Assembly: GCA_038496445.1 (NCBI GenBank)
Contig: JALMLS010000065.1
Location: forward strand, 248,001-312,000
Source of the DNA: Trichosphaerium sp. ATCC 40318
Taxonomy: Eukaryota > Protista > Tubulinea
Direction: 5' to 3'
Length of the DNA stretch: 64,000 nt
Made by a program: the position numbers and the translations under genes. Shown here piece by piece: positions 1-12,116 of the stretch. Positions within the stretch are counted from its first letter, which is position 1. Each line of letters opens with the position of its first letter. The notes beneath the pieces are model-generated. The model saw only the letters and a program-made list of their open reading frames with translations. It did not search any database and had not been told where the DNA came from.

Positions 1-1813
1 ACGTGTGATGTTATTTTCTCTCACAAAACAGAGAAAGCAAACAAACCTTTAGCTTTATTTTAGCTTCTTCTAGTGAAAGATGTTCATACATATTCCATAA
101 AACGAGTTCTCTTCCAAACACATCATTCACTGCTTGCTTTAAATTGCTTAAAGAAAAGGTACTTAGCACGTTGTACTTGTTTTACTTGCTAAGCCACGTA
201 CATTAAGTCTTTCATGTTGGTGTCAGGTTTCTCTACAATACGGAGTCAATGACAAGCTGTAGTAACTAAATAGACATACCTATAATCCCCATTAAACGTT
301 CAAGCTCTTCAATACCAGTAAAGCGCTTTGGCTCTACACCAAAGCAGCTTGCAAGAACAGCATTGTATTGAATTTGCTGAGCAGTGTAGTATCTACCGGA
401 TGCAGCTTCAAATAACCTTTAAACATCATCAGTATGCTTGTATTTTAAAGTATGAGTAATTGCTACATACTTGAGGTACTCTCCATGGCTTGTGTATGTG
501 CCTTGGTTTTTTGGATCATTTTGAAATGACACCAAGTCAAAAATAAATGGTACAGCTCCAAAGTTAACATCTAACGTCTCTCCATGACAATGCAAAGCCA
601 TAAAAGGATGGTGATACCCCAGTTCCTTTTCGTCCATAACAGGGTATATACCTGACACTTTGCCATTCAATGTGAAAAATACTGAGAAAAAAATGAGATT
701 AAAAAGGAAAGAAAAAAGAGGCCGAACCTTGTTTTGTTTCATAATTTATTCCACACCTTTTAAATACTTGTTAGTTTATTTAATACCTATAAGCCTTACC
801 CAATGACATCATTATCATGAAATAAGTCTCCAACTTCCTTTCCAAAACGAGAATCTGAGATATGAATGCCACCAGTATCTGTTTGAAAATGTCAAACAAC
901 TTTTTCACAAATCTGCAAAGAACTAACCCGCATGATATCCATAAGTGGCAGGAGCCCATCCAGGATATATCCTCGGAAAGTTTTAGAATAAAGCACCGTA
1001 ATAATCTTGCTTACTTGCTTAAACCTTGTGGAGCAAATCCAACACCACAAAATCGAAGTCTGTCTCTACAATGAATTGATAAGAACTTGTTATAAAATTG
1101 CATTGTAGCGATGATTCATACTCTGTAATGTTTCCCAAAAGCTTAACTTCATAATAAGCAGTGTTTCCGCGACCAATTGGCAATGGATAAAGAGGTGTCG
1201 TGCCAGTAAGGTTCTTAATGTAAATGTCAGAAATTGTTTTCTTAATGTTTCGGCTGAACTCACTCCTATGTGTTCTCGTGGTACGTTAGTGCTGTCTGGC
1301 ACAATACCTGGTAGTCCTTTAAACACTGCAAGAAGCGGAGATCGCAATTCCACAAGTTCTAAGCAAGATTCGTTACAAACGCGTGGGTAATCTACAAAAC
1401 AAACCCGTCGTGTCTTCTGTAACCTTCAACGTGTTTCTTAACACGCCTGCTTTATAAATCGCAACAAATAATCGCTTACATGTGACACTGTACTAGCAAG
1501 TTAATAATATACCGTAGTTAAACAGTTATACGCGTCTTACGCGGCATCAGGCGATTGTTTATCCAACAGATTAATTTCTGGTACACCAGCTGAGTAAATG
1601 GTGTGTAATACAGCTTTCCAGAAGTATTTCGATTCCAGAAGCCTTGAGAAGCGTTTACATGTTTTCAATAAGTTTATGAACGAAGGTATTGTTCTCGACA
1701 CGAATCTAAAGGCGTAAGCGCTTAGTTACAGCGAAACAAGCTATTACGCACTTTGATAAAGCATTAGTTACAATGTCATCTGGTACAGACACAAATAATG
1801 CTGTAGTACTCAT
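1..1813 (-). CDS. F-box + SPRY domain protein, spliced; 3' end runs off the window
   Basis: N-terminus MSTTALFVSVPDDIVTNAL..LLKTCKRF..YFW is F-box-like. Exons give GWAPATYGYH, NDVIG, VFFTLNGK and LDVNFGAVPFIFDL, which are SPRY (RanBP9/Ssh4-type) motifs. Confidence 0.7.
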
Positions 1814-1998
1814 AGTATCACTTACTGTACACTCAAACGAATCGTTGACTACTAATCATTGTTTGTGAGCATTCACGTAACTTAAGAGTGACAACTTTTT
1901 TTCGGCGTTGCCTGTGAAAGATTTTAACGTAACGGTGTATAACGGAGCTTTTGTTTACAAACAAACAAGTTTTATTCTTCGGAACTGATTTTTTTTTC

Positions 1999-3702
1999 TC
2001 ATTCTGGGTCTTGATCTTCATCAGCGTCAACTGCTGGTGACTCTTGTTTTTTGCCACCACTAATCCAATTGTATGGAACTTGAAGCGCTTCTCTCGATTG
2101 ATGAATCAGGGTACCCAACAACCCAACAAAAGCGCCATACATGAATGGAATCTTTAGACAAAAAAAAATAAGTATCAACACAAAACGACATTTGGGAGGG
2201 AACGGAGATGCTGAATTCACACCCAAAACAAACGGGAAAAACACCGCTACGTACATTATAAGATGAGTGAATTCCTCCCTTGTACAATTGAAGTAGAATT
2301 GAACCAATAGCAGTACCAGTGATTGCAAAAGAATGGCGCACTTTATGTGTTTGACTTACAGCAAATAAATAACCTATTACAGCATTCACACCACCAACAG
2401 TCGTTGCCAAATATCTAAAGAAAGGTAAGGACATTGCATTGAATCTCTTCAAACAAACACCGAAGTATTGGTGCGCAATAAATTAAGAAAATCAAAACAA
2501 ACTCGTTACAATTTTTTTTTGAAACATTGCAGTGTAAAACGACGTACTGTGGCACCATGACATGTCCTACTTGTTGAAAGTATATCCAACTTGTTATACC
2601 TACAATACTTCCACTCGTATATAAAGCCATAAAATTGAAAGGACCCATAAGATCAAATGCAACAGGAGCTATAAAAATGTCAATAAGAAAGAAATGAGAA
2701 AAATATGAAAAATATAAAAAAACTGAGCACGTACCGAACATAAACATCCCCCATAAATCGTATAATGTGTCTACAAAATCTCCATTGTGTATACTTGCAA
2801 AAACACATGAAAAATGATCGACAATTTGACTTCTGTTGTAGTTTGTCGCCCAAAAATACTTATGTGCTTGATTTTCCATTGTAACATACCAATAATCTGA
2901 AAGAAGCCCTACAGAAAGATGAAGAGCTCCAATAGCAAGACATAAAGAATTAGCTTCTGTTGAAGTGCCCTATTGTGCGTAAAAATAAGCGAAAACACCA
3001 AAAAGAAAAAAACAAAAAAAAAAATGAAAAAAACAAAATCGCGTTGTGTACCTTATCTTGGTACTCTTCAAAGTTGGCTTTTGGTGCAAACAATATTTCG
3101 CTATAAGCACTAATAGTTCATAAGCTTTCTGTACGAGATAGGCGAGTTGAGTAATAAAAAACTGTCAAAAAGTATTTTTGACGCTACAGCGTTAGTTTTT
3201 CGGTTTTTAGCTCGTACAATAGTCCAGTAAACGACTGGCAAGCTAGTGCAGCAGTCCAACACACCACAATAGACCCTACAGTCATAAATGGTACAGCGCT
3301 CGAAAAAAATAGCTCTGGGTTGCTTGTGTCCTTCACTTGAATGATGTCGTAACCGTAAGCGCCTGGCCGCCAGATTACATTTTCTGAAAAATTTTGATGT
3401 AACTCGTGCGCTGTGACGTCTGTGAAGTCCTGAGGCCTTATATATGCATAAGCGCAATTATTTACAGTGTGACTTCACTTTAAAACGTACGGTGCCTCCA
3501 CAAAGTTATTATCGCGTTGAGCTTCCCACGTTGGGTCGTCGTAATTGCCTGGATAAGCTCCAACAGCACTATCGCCCTCAGGTTGTTGTGTTGCGTTCTT
3601 TTCGTAATCAACAGCGTATTTGTTATATTCTTCAATCACAGAAGCTTTTTGCCTCTCATTTAGGCCTTTTAGAGCATCAGCAAGTTCAGTTGTTTCTGCC
3701 AT
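1999..3702 (-). CDS. Rhomboid-superfamily membrane protein, probably catalytically inactive, spliced
   Basis: Several hydrophobic helices. MGPFNFMALYTSGSIVG resembles the rhomboid G..F..LY..G helix. GGVNAVIG sits where GxSG is expected and IPFMYGAFVG where HxAHLGG is expected. Confidence 0.55.
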
Positions 3703-3849
3703 CGCTGCCCAGACCTCAGAGCGAACTGGCTGAAACTACAACACCAATTCTATGCGTAGCAACGCTTGTTTTATGTTTGGATAAAAAAATTGGTAAAACT
3801 GAGTCTTGTCGTTTACTAGTTACTGATAACGTTATTGGTATGTAGTATA

Positions 3850-6800
3850 ATGGAAGACTCAGAGGATACTTCTAAAGAGGATAGGAGCTCCGACTCATCA
3901 TCAGTTGCTCCAACAATACACCAATTTGTACCTACTATTCGTTTACGCATTTACATCGAAGAGAAAGATGTATACGCTGATGTCAGACCAAAACTCAGTT
4001 CTAAAATAAAAGGTTCGGTTAAACTTGCGGAAACGCATAAAAAAGGAATACTATGGCCATGTAGCTCATTTCTGTAAAGATGTAATTGTGAACCTTCATG
4101 CCAATGAATCATTGGCTTCTAGAGCAAAAGAATACGGACTATACGTGCCAACGGCCAAGAAAAAAGCTTTGTTGGAATTAGATAGCGGAGAAACGTTTCA
4201 AAAGTATCCTTACTTTGACCCAACTCTACCATACGCTGTACGACAACATCTCCCTTTACGCATTAAAACGTTTTTAATCAAAAGCATAACAGAACTTAGG
4301 TGCACGTTATTCTACGCCACACAACAGCTTCATATGTTCATGACGCGGTATGTCAAGTAGTTTGTATGCCTTTTCTGTTTAAAAGAGACTGTTTTTCTGA
4401 ACTTCTTGTTTAACTTGCGCTGTTAGGTGCCCGAAAACGCTGTGATGTCTTTCAGTGAGTTTTTAAGCTCTGAAAAAGATATTATGAGTACATCAGAGTC
4501 TCATCAAGAGAAGCATCCTTGGGTACTTTGCAGGTAAGTTGCTGGAATGCGTTTTTTTGTGGATTTTTTTTTTGCTTATGCTTACGTGCTTTTTCACATA
4601 AGAGAGTGTAATGAGGTTGTACGTTCTCCTAATCTTGAAAATCATACGAGATTTTGTCTTGTTAAAACGAAATATCGAGTACGTACTCTTCCAAAAAAGG
4701 CGTCAATCACGTGTTTTGCTCAACCTACGCTTTTTTTTTCTGACTCATTTTTTTTTAGGCTGGTTCTACTTTTGCGAATCCTTCCCTTCGTGCTCGTCGG
4801 TCAAAGACAGTTTCGGAGAGTCGTACGTGTTTTTTTTAATAGTACGAAGAAGGAAGTTGTTTTGACTTAATTCTAGTTACCTACTGGTACAAAAGATTTG
4901 ATGAGTTTTTTCATCTTGGTGTATGCACTGTTATTTCTTTTTTATTTGGATGGATGGGTTTCTCTTTGATTTGGTGTGTTGTTATACTCGTTTTCACTTT
5001 CAAAGTACATAAGAGTATTATGGAACGACGTTGGCAAAAGCGGTTTTGGGAGCTATACAAGGCTGAACAAAGCTACAAGGTTCGACTTTAATTTTTGTTG
5101 CAAAAAAAAGTTGAGTGACACTATTACGCAGGAATCTCGAATAACTGACGTTGAAAGTTGCGAATGGTTCTCTTTACTGATGAAAAGAGTATGGCCAACT
5201 GTAACTTCAATCATGAACGACCACTTAGTCGGCTTGTTGGAAGATACTCTTAACCAGAATACACCAAGGTAATACTAGCAACCATCAAATAACCTGTTTT
5301 TAACTTTTTTAATGTAGCGGTATTGATAAGATAGAAATAGCACCATTCACTTTTCCTGAAGCTCCTATTATAAGTATGATTAATGCTACTATTTATGAAT
5401 ACTAATAACGAATATGAAGGTCATATGCGTGCATACAGAACAAGTCAATGTGTGGACAATTTTAATTTCGAATGTGACATCAACTTTGTGCCGAATTCTG
5501 TCATCAAACTCACAGTATTTTCGAAGTTAGTGAAGGTACCAGTACTTATAAAGGTATGTATATAAAAACATCACCCATGCGTTTGTAAAAGAATGTACAA
5601 GTTCGATTTTTTACCTTTTTTGACTCGGATGCTTACTTTGTATTTTTTTTTGTTAGGATATTCAAATACGTGGGAGAATATTTGTGTCATTAAGTTTCTT
5701 GACAACATACCCTTATGTTAAGGACGTTATAGTTGCTTTTAAAGAGAAACCTTCAATATTAAATTTAGGTATTCAGGTACGTACTGAAGAACACAAAAGT
5801 TGAAAAACAAATAACTTTCATGAAACATTTTTATTGATTGTATTGTTTTTAGGTTGTAAAAGGCTTAAAATTTGAGATTATGGATATAGGATTCTTTAAT
5901 GATTGGCTCTTAGGATTAATGAGATCTCTCATCGATCAACATATTTTATTACCTCAAAAACTGGAGCTCAATATTCCAAGCCTTCTTGTGCGTACTTTTT
6001 ATTTTACAATAGAAAACAACCCTTCATCATTAGCTGTAGCTCTTCTTATATTTCTGATTAAACCTCTAATACTCTATGTTAGTCTGGCAAAAACATTCCA
6101 CAGTATGCTTCGAATGAATCACTGGTGGCTAACCATCACAACAAGAGTCATAGGAAATATGATGCAAAACAAGTTGAGCAATATTATCAAAGGATAGCAC
6201 AGAGATTTTATCACCCTGATATTCCTGATGCTGATGTACAGGAGCTTGCCTTTAAAGCCTTACAAAGCAAGAACCAGTTTTATTCTCAACACTCAAAGAG
6301 TAGCAAAGGCAGAAGAAGAAGAGAGTACGTGCCAATAACACTTCAATATTTTTAACAAGCACTGAAACTTACCTTGATTTCTTCATTTACTAACGTATTT
6401 ATAGCGTTCTTCTTAGTCTAGGAAAACGCAAAGCATCTAAGAAAACAAAAAGACAAAGTATATCTTCAGATAGACCTCAAGATGCGGATGTATCCGAGTT
6501 GGAAAAAAGAAATCTACATAAAGATTATAAAAAGTTTAAAGTCAAGCTTGCTGTACGGAGCTAGTCTCATCTTATAATATCTTTACAGTACTTTAGAAAA
6601 ATATAGAAACTAGTGCAGAGTTATCAAGCTCTGAATCGGTTAAATCAAGCCATATAAGCCAAGCTGAAGCGGAAATGACTTGCGTGTCTTGTACGTACTT
6701 TTTCGTTCGTTTTTTCAAGAGATTTTTTCATTGAATTGCACTCTTGTACTGTCGGCTGACTTTCTTTTAAAGCGCCTGTTGGAACACTTAAAATACATGT

Positions 6801-7155
6801 CATTGAGGCTAAAGGCCTTCACCGTGAGACTATTATATTAAATAGGTCATCAGTTGGACTTAGACCTTATTGTATTGTTAACTACTCTACAACTTACAAA
6901 AAGACTTCACGCTCGCATACTGGTAGTCCGGAATGGAATGAAGTTATGGAGTTTGCTCTTTGTGCAACTAAAGAGCGTAAAATATACCTTCAAGTTTTCT
7001 CTCAAAGTAAGTTACATGCAGATAGATCACTAGGAAATGAAGTTGTTGATTTTTCTGAACTTCAAAATGGTATTACAGCTGATATCTGGGTGCAGTTGAA
7101 AGGAAAAACAAATGGATCTGTACATCTTGCTTTAACGCTATACGAGGATTTATAA
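3850..7155 (+). CDS. Tricalbin/extended-synaptotagmin-like protein (TM hairpin + SMP + C2), spliced
   Basis: TM hairpin ISFLFGWMGFSLIW, SMP start ESCEWFSLLMKRVWP, and C-terminal C2 domain (GTLKIHVIEAKGL..PEWNE..DIWVQLKG..GSVHLAL). Confidence 0.75.
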
Positions 7156-7697
7156 TGTTAAAGAGGTTTGGTACATATAATTCATGAAAGACAACTTGAA
7201 ACACTTCCTCCTAAAACAATTTGTACAATGTTATTAAAAAAAAAAAGTATTTTATCTTGGTGTGACTACAAATGTGCAAAAGCGTTGGGTATGTATGCCT
7301 CCAATTCTTGCGAGCTAACTTTGCTTTTTGGCCGTATAGTTTTTGTTGACATAACATCGCTATCCGTATGATTTGACCTGAAATAACGCTATTTTGAGTT
7401 AGCGCTATGCTTGAACATTGGTGGACCTCGTGCAACTCTGCAAGCTTTCCATTAGTGCATCCTCATTGAGTACTGAATATAAGAGCAGAAAGTCACGTGC
7501 TACAATTCGGGAGTGGCATTTTAAAAGTAGACTTCCCAACGTAATTAGCAATAGACCTGCTGCTTTACAGTAGATTGTCCGTGTACACTTCGTGTTTTCT
7601 GGCAGCACAACTAGCTAATTAACGAACCTAGACCATAGTTGACTATATAATTTCAAGTTGCTACCTTCATTAAATAAAAAACTAACGTGGACATACT

Positions 7698-9094
7698 ATG
7701 GCCAACAAGACAAGAAAAAGATTGCAAATTAACAAACCAAGCGTAGGCGTGCCCGGCACAAGCATGGACAGAGTATTTAATGTGCCAGAGCTGGTTCTAG
7801 CTGTGATGGAGCAAACGAACAGTTTTAAAGCGATTATAGCCTTCTCAAGCACCAACAAGCTCGCTCGTGACATAATATGGTTTCCTTTGAATACAAAACA
7901 ATTATTCAAAGCTCAATGGGACAATCCTTTGTTTTACGGTCCAATTTGCGAATGGCCAACAAAACTGGATGGTGCCAGCACCGTAGATAACTTCAGTGCC
8001 TCACAATACCTATGTTTTGCACGTCACTTGGAGAAACAGTATCAAGTACGTCATTTTTAAAAATATAACTTTGAAAATCACGTGTACTTACATCTATACT
8101 TGAAGAGTGTCTTAAAAGTTGACAATGGTTTTTTCGATATTGAAACAGGAGAAATGATACCTGAACCCAACCACTCTTTAGCTTACAAAAGTCCTATGGG
8201 CGTATTCGATCCCCAATCATATCTACAATCTAAATTTGAGAATGGGGACACCTATGTCACTTTAAATGCTAGCACATGTGCTGGGTTTTGTAAAAAAACA
8301 AAAAAGAAACTGTGGGAAGTACAAACTAACAATTTCACCACAGTACTAGATAAGCACAATGTAATATTAGTTTGTGTTGAGAGTCAACCAAGTTTATTTT
8401 CGTCTACAAGAGCTATGTTTGCAGTAAACCTAAAGGATGGTATGAAGAAGTTTTAATTAAGAATCTAACCACTTTATGCATTTCTTTTGTTATGTTTGTT
8501 TTCTTTGGTTGACACAGTTTAGGCTCTATTTTATGGACAAAAGATGTTATAATGTCAGTTCCAGGAGAAATTTACTTATGGACCTTTGTTGTAGCAGGTA
8601 AGTGTATTTACATCAGATGTTCAGAAGAGGAAACTGTTGTGTTTGATATCAAAACTGGAACAAAGGTTGACATACTGAATCACCAAGTCTTTAGCGCTGC
8701 TCATTTAGGTAATAGTATATTTATTAGAGACCAAGAGTATGTATACAGGTATAAACAGTTCAAAAATATCTTTAAAATGGTATGGAAGAAAACAATCATA
8801 GGAAGAGAAACACAACTATATTTTTTTTCAAATAAATATGTTCTCATAGTCACTCTAATACTCGGTGGGTACAACAGTCAACAAGTTAATCTTAGATTGG
8901 TAGATAACTTAGGGGATGTACTTATATACATTGATTTGGGTTTTCCACGGCATACCCGCTTACGTAAACATGTTTCTATTCAGATAAGAGGAAAACAAGG
9001 AATTGTTTTTTTATCAAGAACAATGTTGATATCATATTGTGTTTGCCATTGTGTTGGATGGGATGGCTCTATAAAATGGACACGTGGTACATAG
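7698..9094 (+). CDS. F-box-like N-terminus + probable PQQ-type beta-propeller, 2 introns
   Basis: Basic leader KTRKR, F-box-like VFNVPELVLAVM..FSSTNK, and repeated blade-end motifs (KKLWE, DGSILWT, KMVWK, DGSIKW). Confidence 0.5.
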
Positions 9095-9197
9095 GATATT
9101 TGAAATGACACAAAGTAAATGTAGTTAATGTTATTTAATAAATCTGGTTTTCAGCAAGGTGTGTGAGGATAGTTTATAACTTGTTTTCTTCAAAATT

Positions 9198-10685
9198 TCA
9201 AATATCCATGTCAATATCCATATCACTTGCCTCATCTTCGCAGCTTGAGTATGACTCTAAAAAAAATAAATTAAATTAATGAAGGTACTTACAAGCAAGA
9301 ACTTGCCCCAGAATTGATCCAATAGATCATGGAGTTGTGGATCAAAATGAATTTCTTTATGGGTTCCAAAGGCATTGACAAAGAAGAATAGCCTTGTCAA
9401 AGTGCTAACAATAGAATTAATGAGGAATGACGGAAAAATATGAACCTCTTTTGGTCAGTTCTATGACATGATCGTAGATGCCAATACATTAAAGAATGTG
9501 CTTTAGAGCAATCAACTTGTTCGCCTGTAAAGTAATAATGAAAATGCTAATATTAGCCAAGTTTGTTATTACCTGTGCTATCGTACTGCGTTAGCACTTT
9601 TGCTGCTAATGACAGTAACTTTGGACGCTGAACCTTGTACGATTTAGTTGCAAAACAATTACAGTAGTGCGTTTGTACCTTAACTACAAGTTGTCCAATG
9701 AGTTCATCTTTGAGCTGCTCAGATTCTCTTAAAAAAGTTTGATTGTTAAATGATGACAACAGCAATGTAAGCGCTGTTACATTCAAGTCATAGTTCTAAA
9801 TTATATTATATACTCATTCTCCACTTTCTATTACTAACCTCCTTGCAAGAGAGTTTCTGAGCCAACGCACATACACACGGATTTTGGCCTATTGCACAAA
9901 ATGTTTGCTCTAAGTGAGAAAGGAATTAGCGTTACACTCTTCTCGGTTTGTTATCACGTGTTACCAAATGCGACAAGATAAAAATACGATATTAATTCGT
10001 TTGGAACACCACGTGCTACCAAGTGATAATAAAGAGGACCGTGTCTTCTTGTAGCTTGAGTCCAATCTTCAAGAGTTGACGGCACAAAAGCTTTCACAAA
10101 CGCTCGAATTGATATCTCCTAGAGCAGTGTCAATGTACATCTACAAAGAAAGCGTACTCTTAGCGATGGGATAGTTGTACATCCACTCTGATCTTTTAAT
10201 AATCTCGTAGAAGATCTTGAAGCGAATAAGCGAAAAAGATGGACTGCTACAAGCTGGCGTCGTGGGCCAATGCCTCGTATTGGACCGTCAAGGCCAGGAT
10301 CTTCACCGTTTATTACCGTTGAATCTGGGTTGTATTTAGTGAGTAAATAATATACCGTCTTTGTACCCGAAGGTCTTGGCAACATTGCTTCAAGAAGAAG
10401 CTCATACACTTTCGGTAAATTATTCGATACAACCATGTCAACATTGCGAATAAAGTCGTAGTGGCATTGACAAGGATGAAGGTGCGCTATGGGTGTACTA
10501 GTACAAGCACACTGAAATACGATGTTGTTCCAGTTAGAAAAAAACTCAATAAGGTTAACTGGGGGTGCGTGTTGTGGAAAACGAGGTGCTGAAGAAAGAA
10601 GTTAGGCAACGTTTTGTTGATTGTATAAAACCACTAAAATATCACGTGATAAAAACGTACAACCAAAAAAAGTGTAGCGGGTCAT
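9198..10685 (-). CDS. Hypothetical protein, spliced; 3' end uncertain
   Basis: Open exons joined by GT-AG introns from ATG at 10685 (MTRYTFFG|SPRFPQ..). No recognisable domain. Confidence 0.5.
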
Positions 10686-10867
10686 GTGAGTGTCAAATAG
10701 CAATAGTGCGTGAGTGCTTATACGTACAAAAGGCGAGTGAAACTAAATTGGCGCCAGTAAACCAAAGTCATCGCACTTAAATTAATGATGGTTAAGTGAG
10801 ATAAACGTTTATCTCACTTGTAATTTCAAGAAAGCGCTCCGTCTCGTCAAAAGCGTAGTATTACACG

Positions 10868-11981
10868 ATGGCTGATATAATCAAACGATTTTTTGGCCAA
10901 ACACCAAAAGCACCGTCTGTGCAGGATGCAATGGCATATATATCTGGTATGATGGCGTTGGTAGCTATCTTTGAGCTCTTTTGTAATTGCTGTTTGTTTG
11001 TTTGAAATGTATTTACATTATACCTCGCATCTATGCCAAATTACTTACTCTTACGCAGCCACACTCGAAATGTTAGAAAAAAAAGTAACGTACCTTGAAA
11101 AAAAGCAAGACGCGTGCACAACAGAAGCCACTGCTTTGCTTGCGAAGAACCAAAAGGCCAAAGCACTGTTATGTATTAAACGACGCCGTATGTATGCGGC
11201 TAGTCTAAAACAGCTTGAAAACGCGCAAACAAACCTAGAATTTGAGAGTACGGGCAATAGGCTTGACGTTAAACTATGTAACTTTATTTTTGTAGAGTTT
11301 GCTTTAGAAAACGCTCAAGTGGTCGGTGAAATACTCAAAGCTATAGAACTTGGAACAGCGACCTTAAAAGCGTACGAACAAACTGTTTAAAAAAAAAACG
11401 TTACGATCTACTAACGCATGTTATAGCCTTAATGACGGGCTTGGCGACGCTGAAACTATAATGGAGGAAGCTCAAGAACAGCGAGACATAGCTAACGAGG
11501 CAAGCGTCATTGTGCAGAAAATTGACTAAAAAAACCATCTCATCTCCCTCTCTCAGCATTCTGTTGTGTATTCATTGTTTTTCTAGACTTTTGAGCTTAT
11601 GAGCGAATTCACACCAGCTTGTTTGGATGGATATGATTCTGATGAATTACTAGCTGACTTCAAAGCAGTATGTCTTTTGGAAAGAATCCAAAAAAAAAAG
11701 TTTTCTTGTTTTTTTCTTTTATTGTCCATTTCACAGAACACTTGATTTGATTCAACATTGGACTCATATTCCTCTTATACCTAACGTGTTTTCTAATCAC
11801 TTCTTCCTAGGAAATTGAACAGGATAATGTAGTCATGCAACAAGATGTTTCTAACCTTGTACAACATGACTTATCAGAAATGTTCCCAACACCCCCAAGA
11901 AATGTAAATCAGCAAGAAAGCAAACAAACAGAAACAGAAGACGCTTTTGCTCAATTGAATGAGTGGGCTCAGGCTAACTAG
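10868..11981 (+). CDS. ESCRT-III Snf7/CHMP4-family protein, 5 introns (one GC-AG)
   Basis: MADIIKRFFG..LEMLEKKVTYLEKK..KALLCIKRRRMY..ALENAQ..DSDELLADF, ending in the acidic tail AFAQLNEWA. Confidence 0.85.
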
Positions 11982-12116
11982 TTGTAATAAATAATAAAAT
12001 TTGATAGATTAAGGTTGTTGCTTCATTTAAATAACTGTCTTGTAAATGAGATCTCAGCACACAAAATTTGCGAGTAGAACACCTGGTATCTAATTTACCA
12101 ACTATTGGTTTTATTT

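Noticed and set aside
7211-7608. Small minus-strand ORFs between genes (also 61139-61490, 51548-51832)
   Set aside because: No motif and no consistent splice model.
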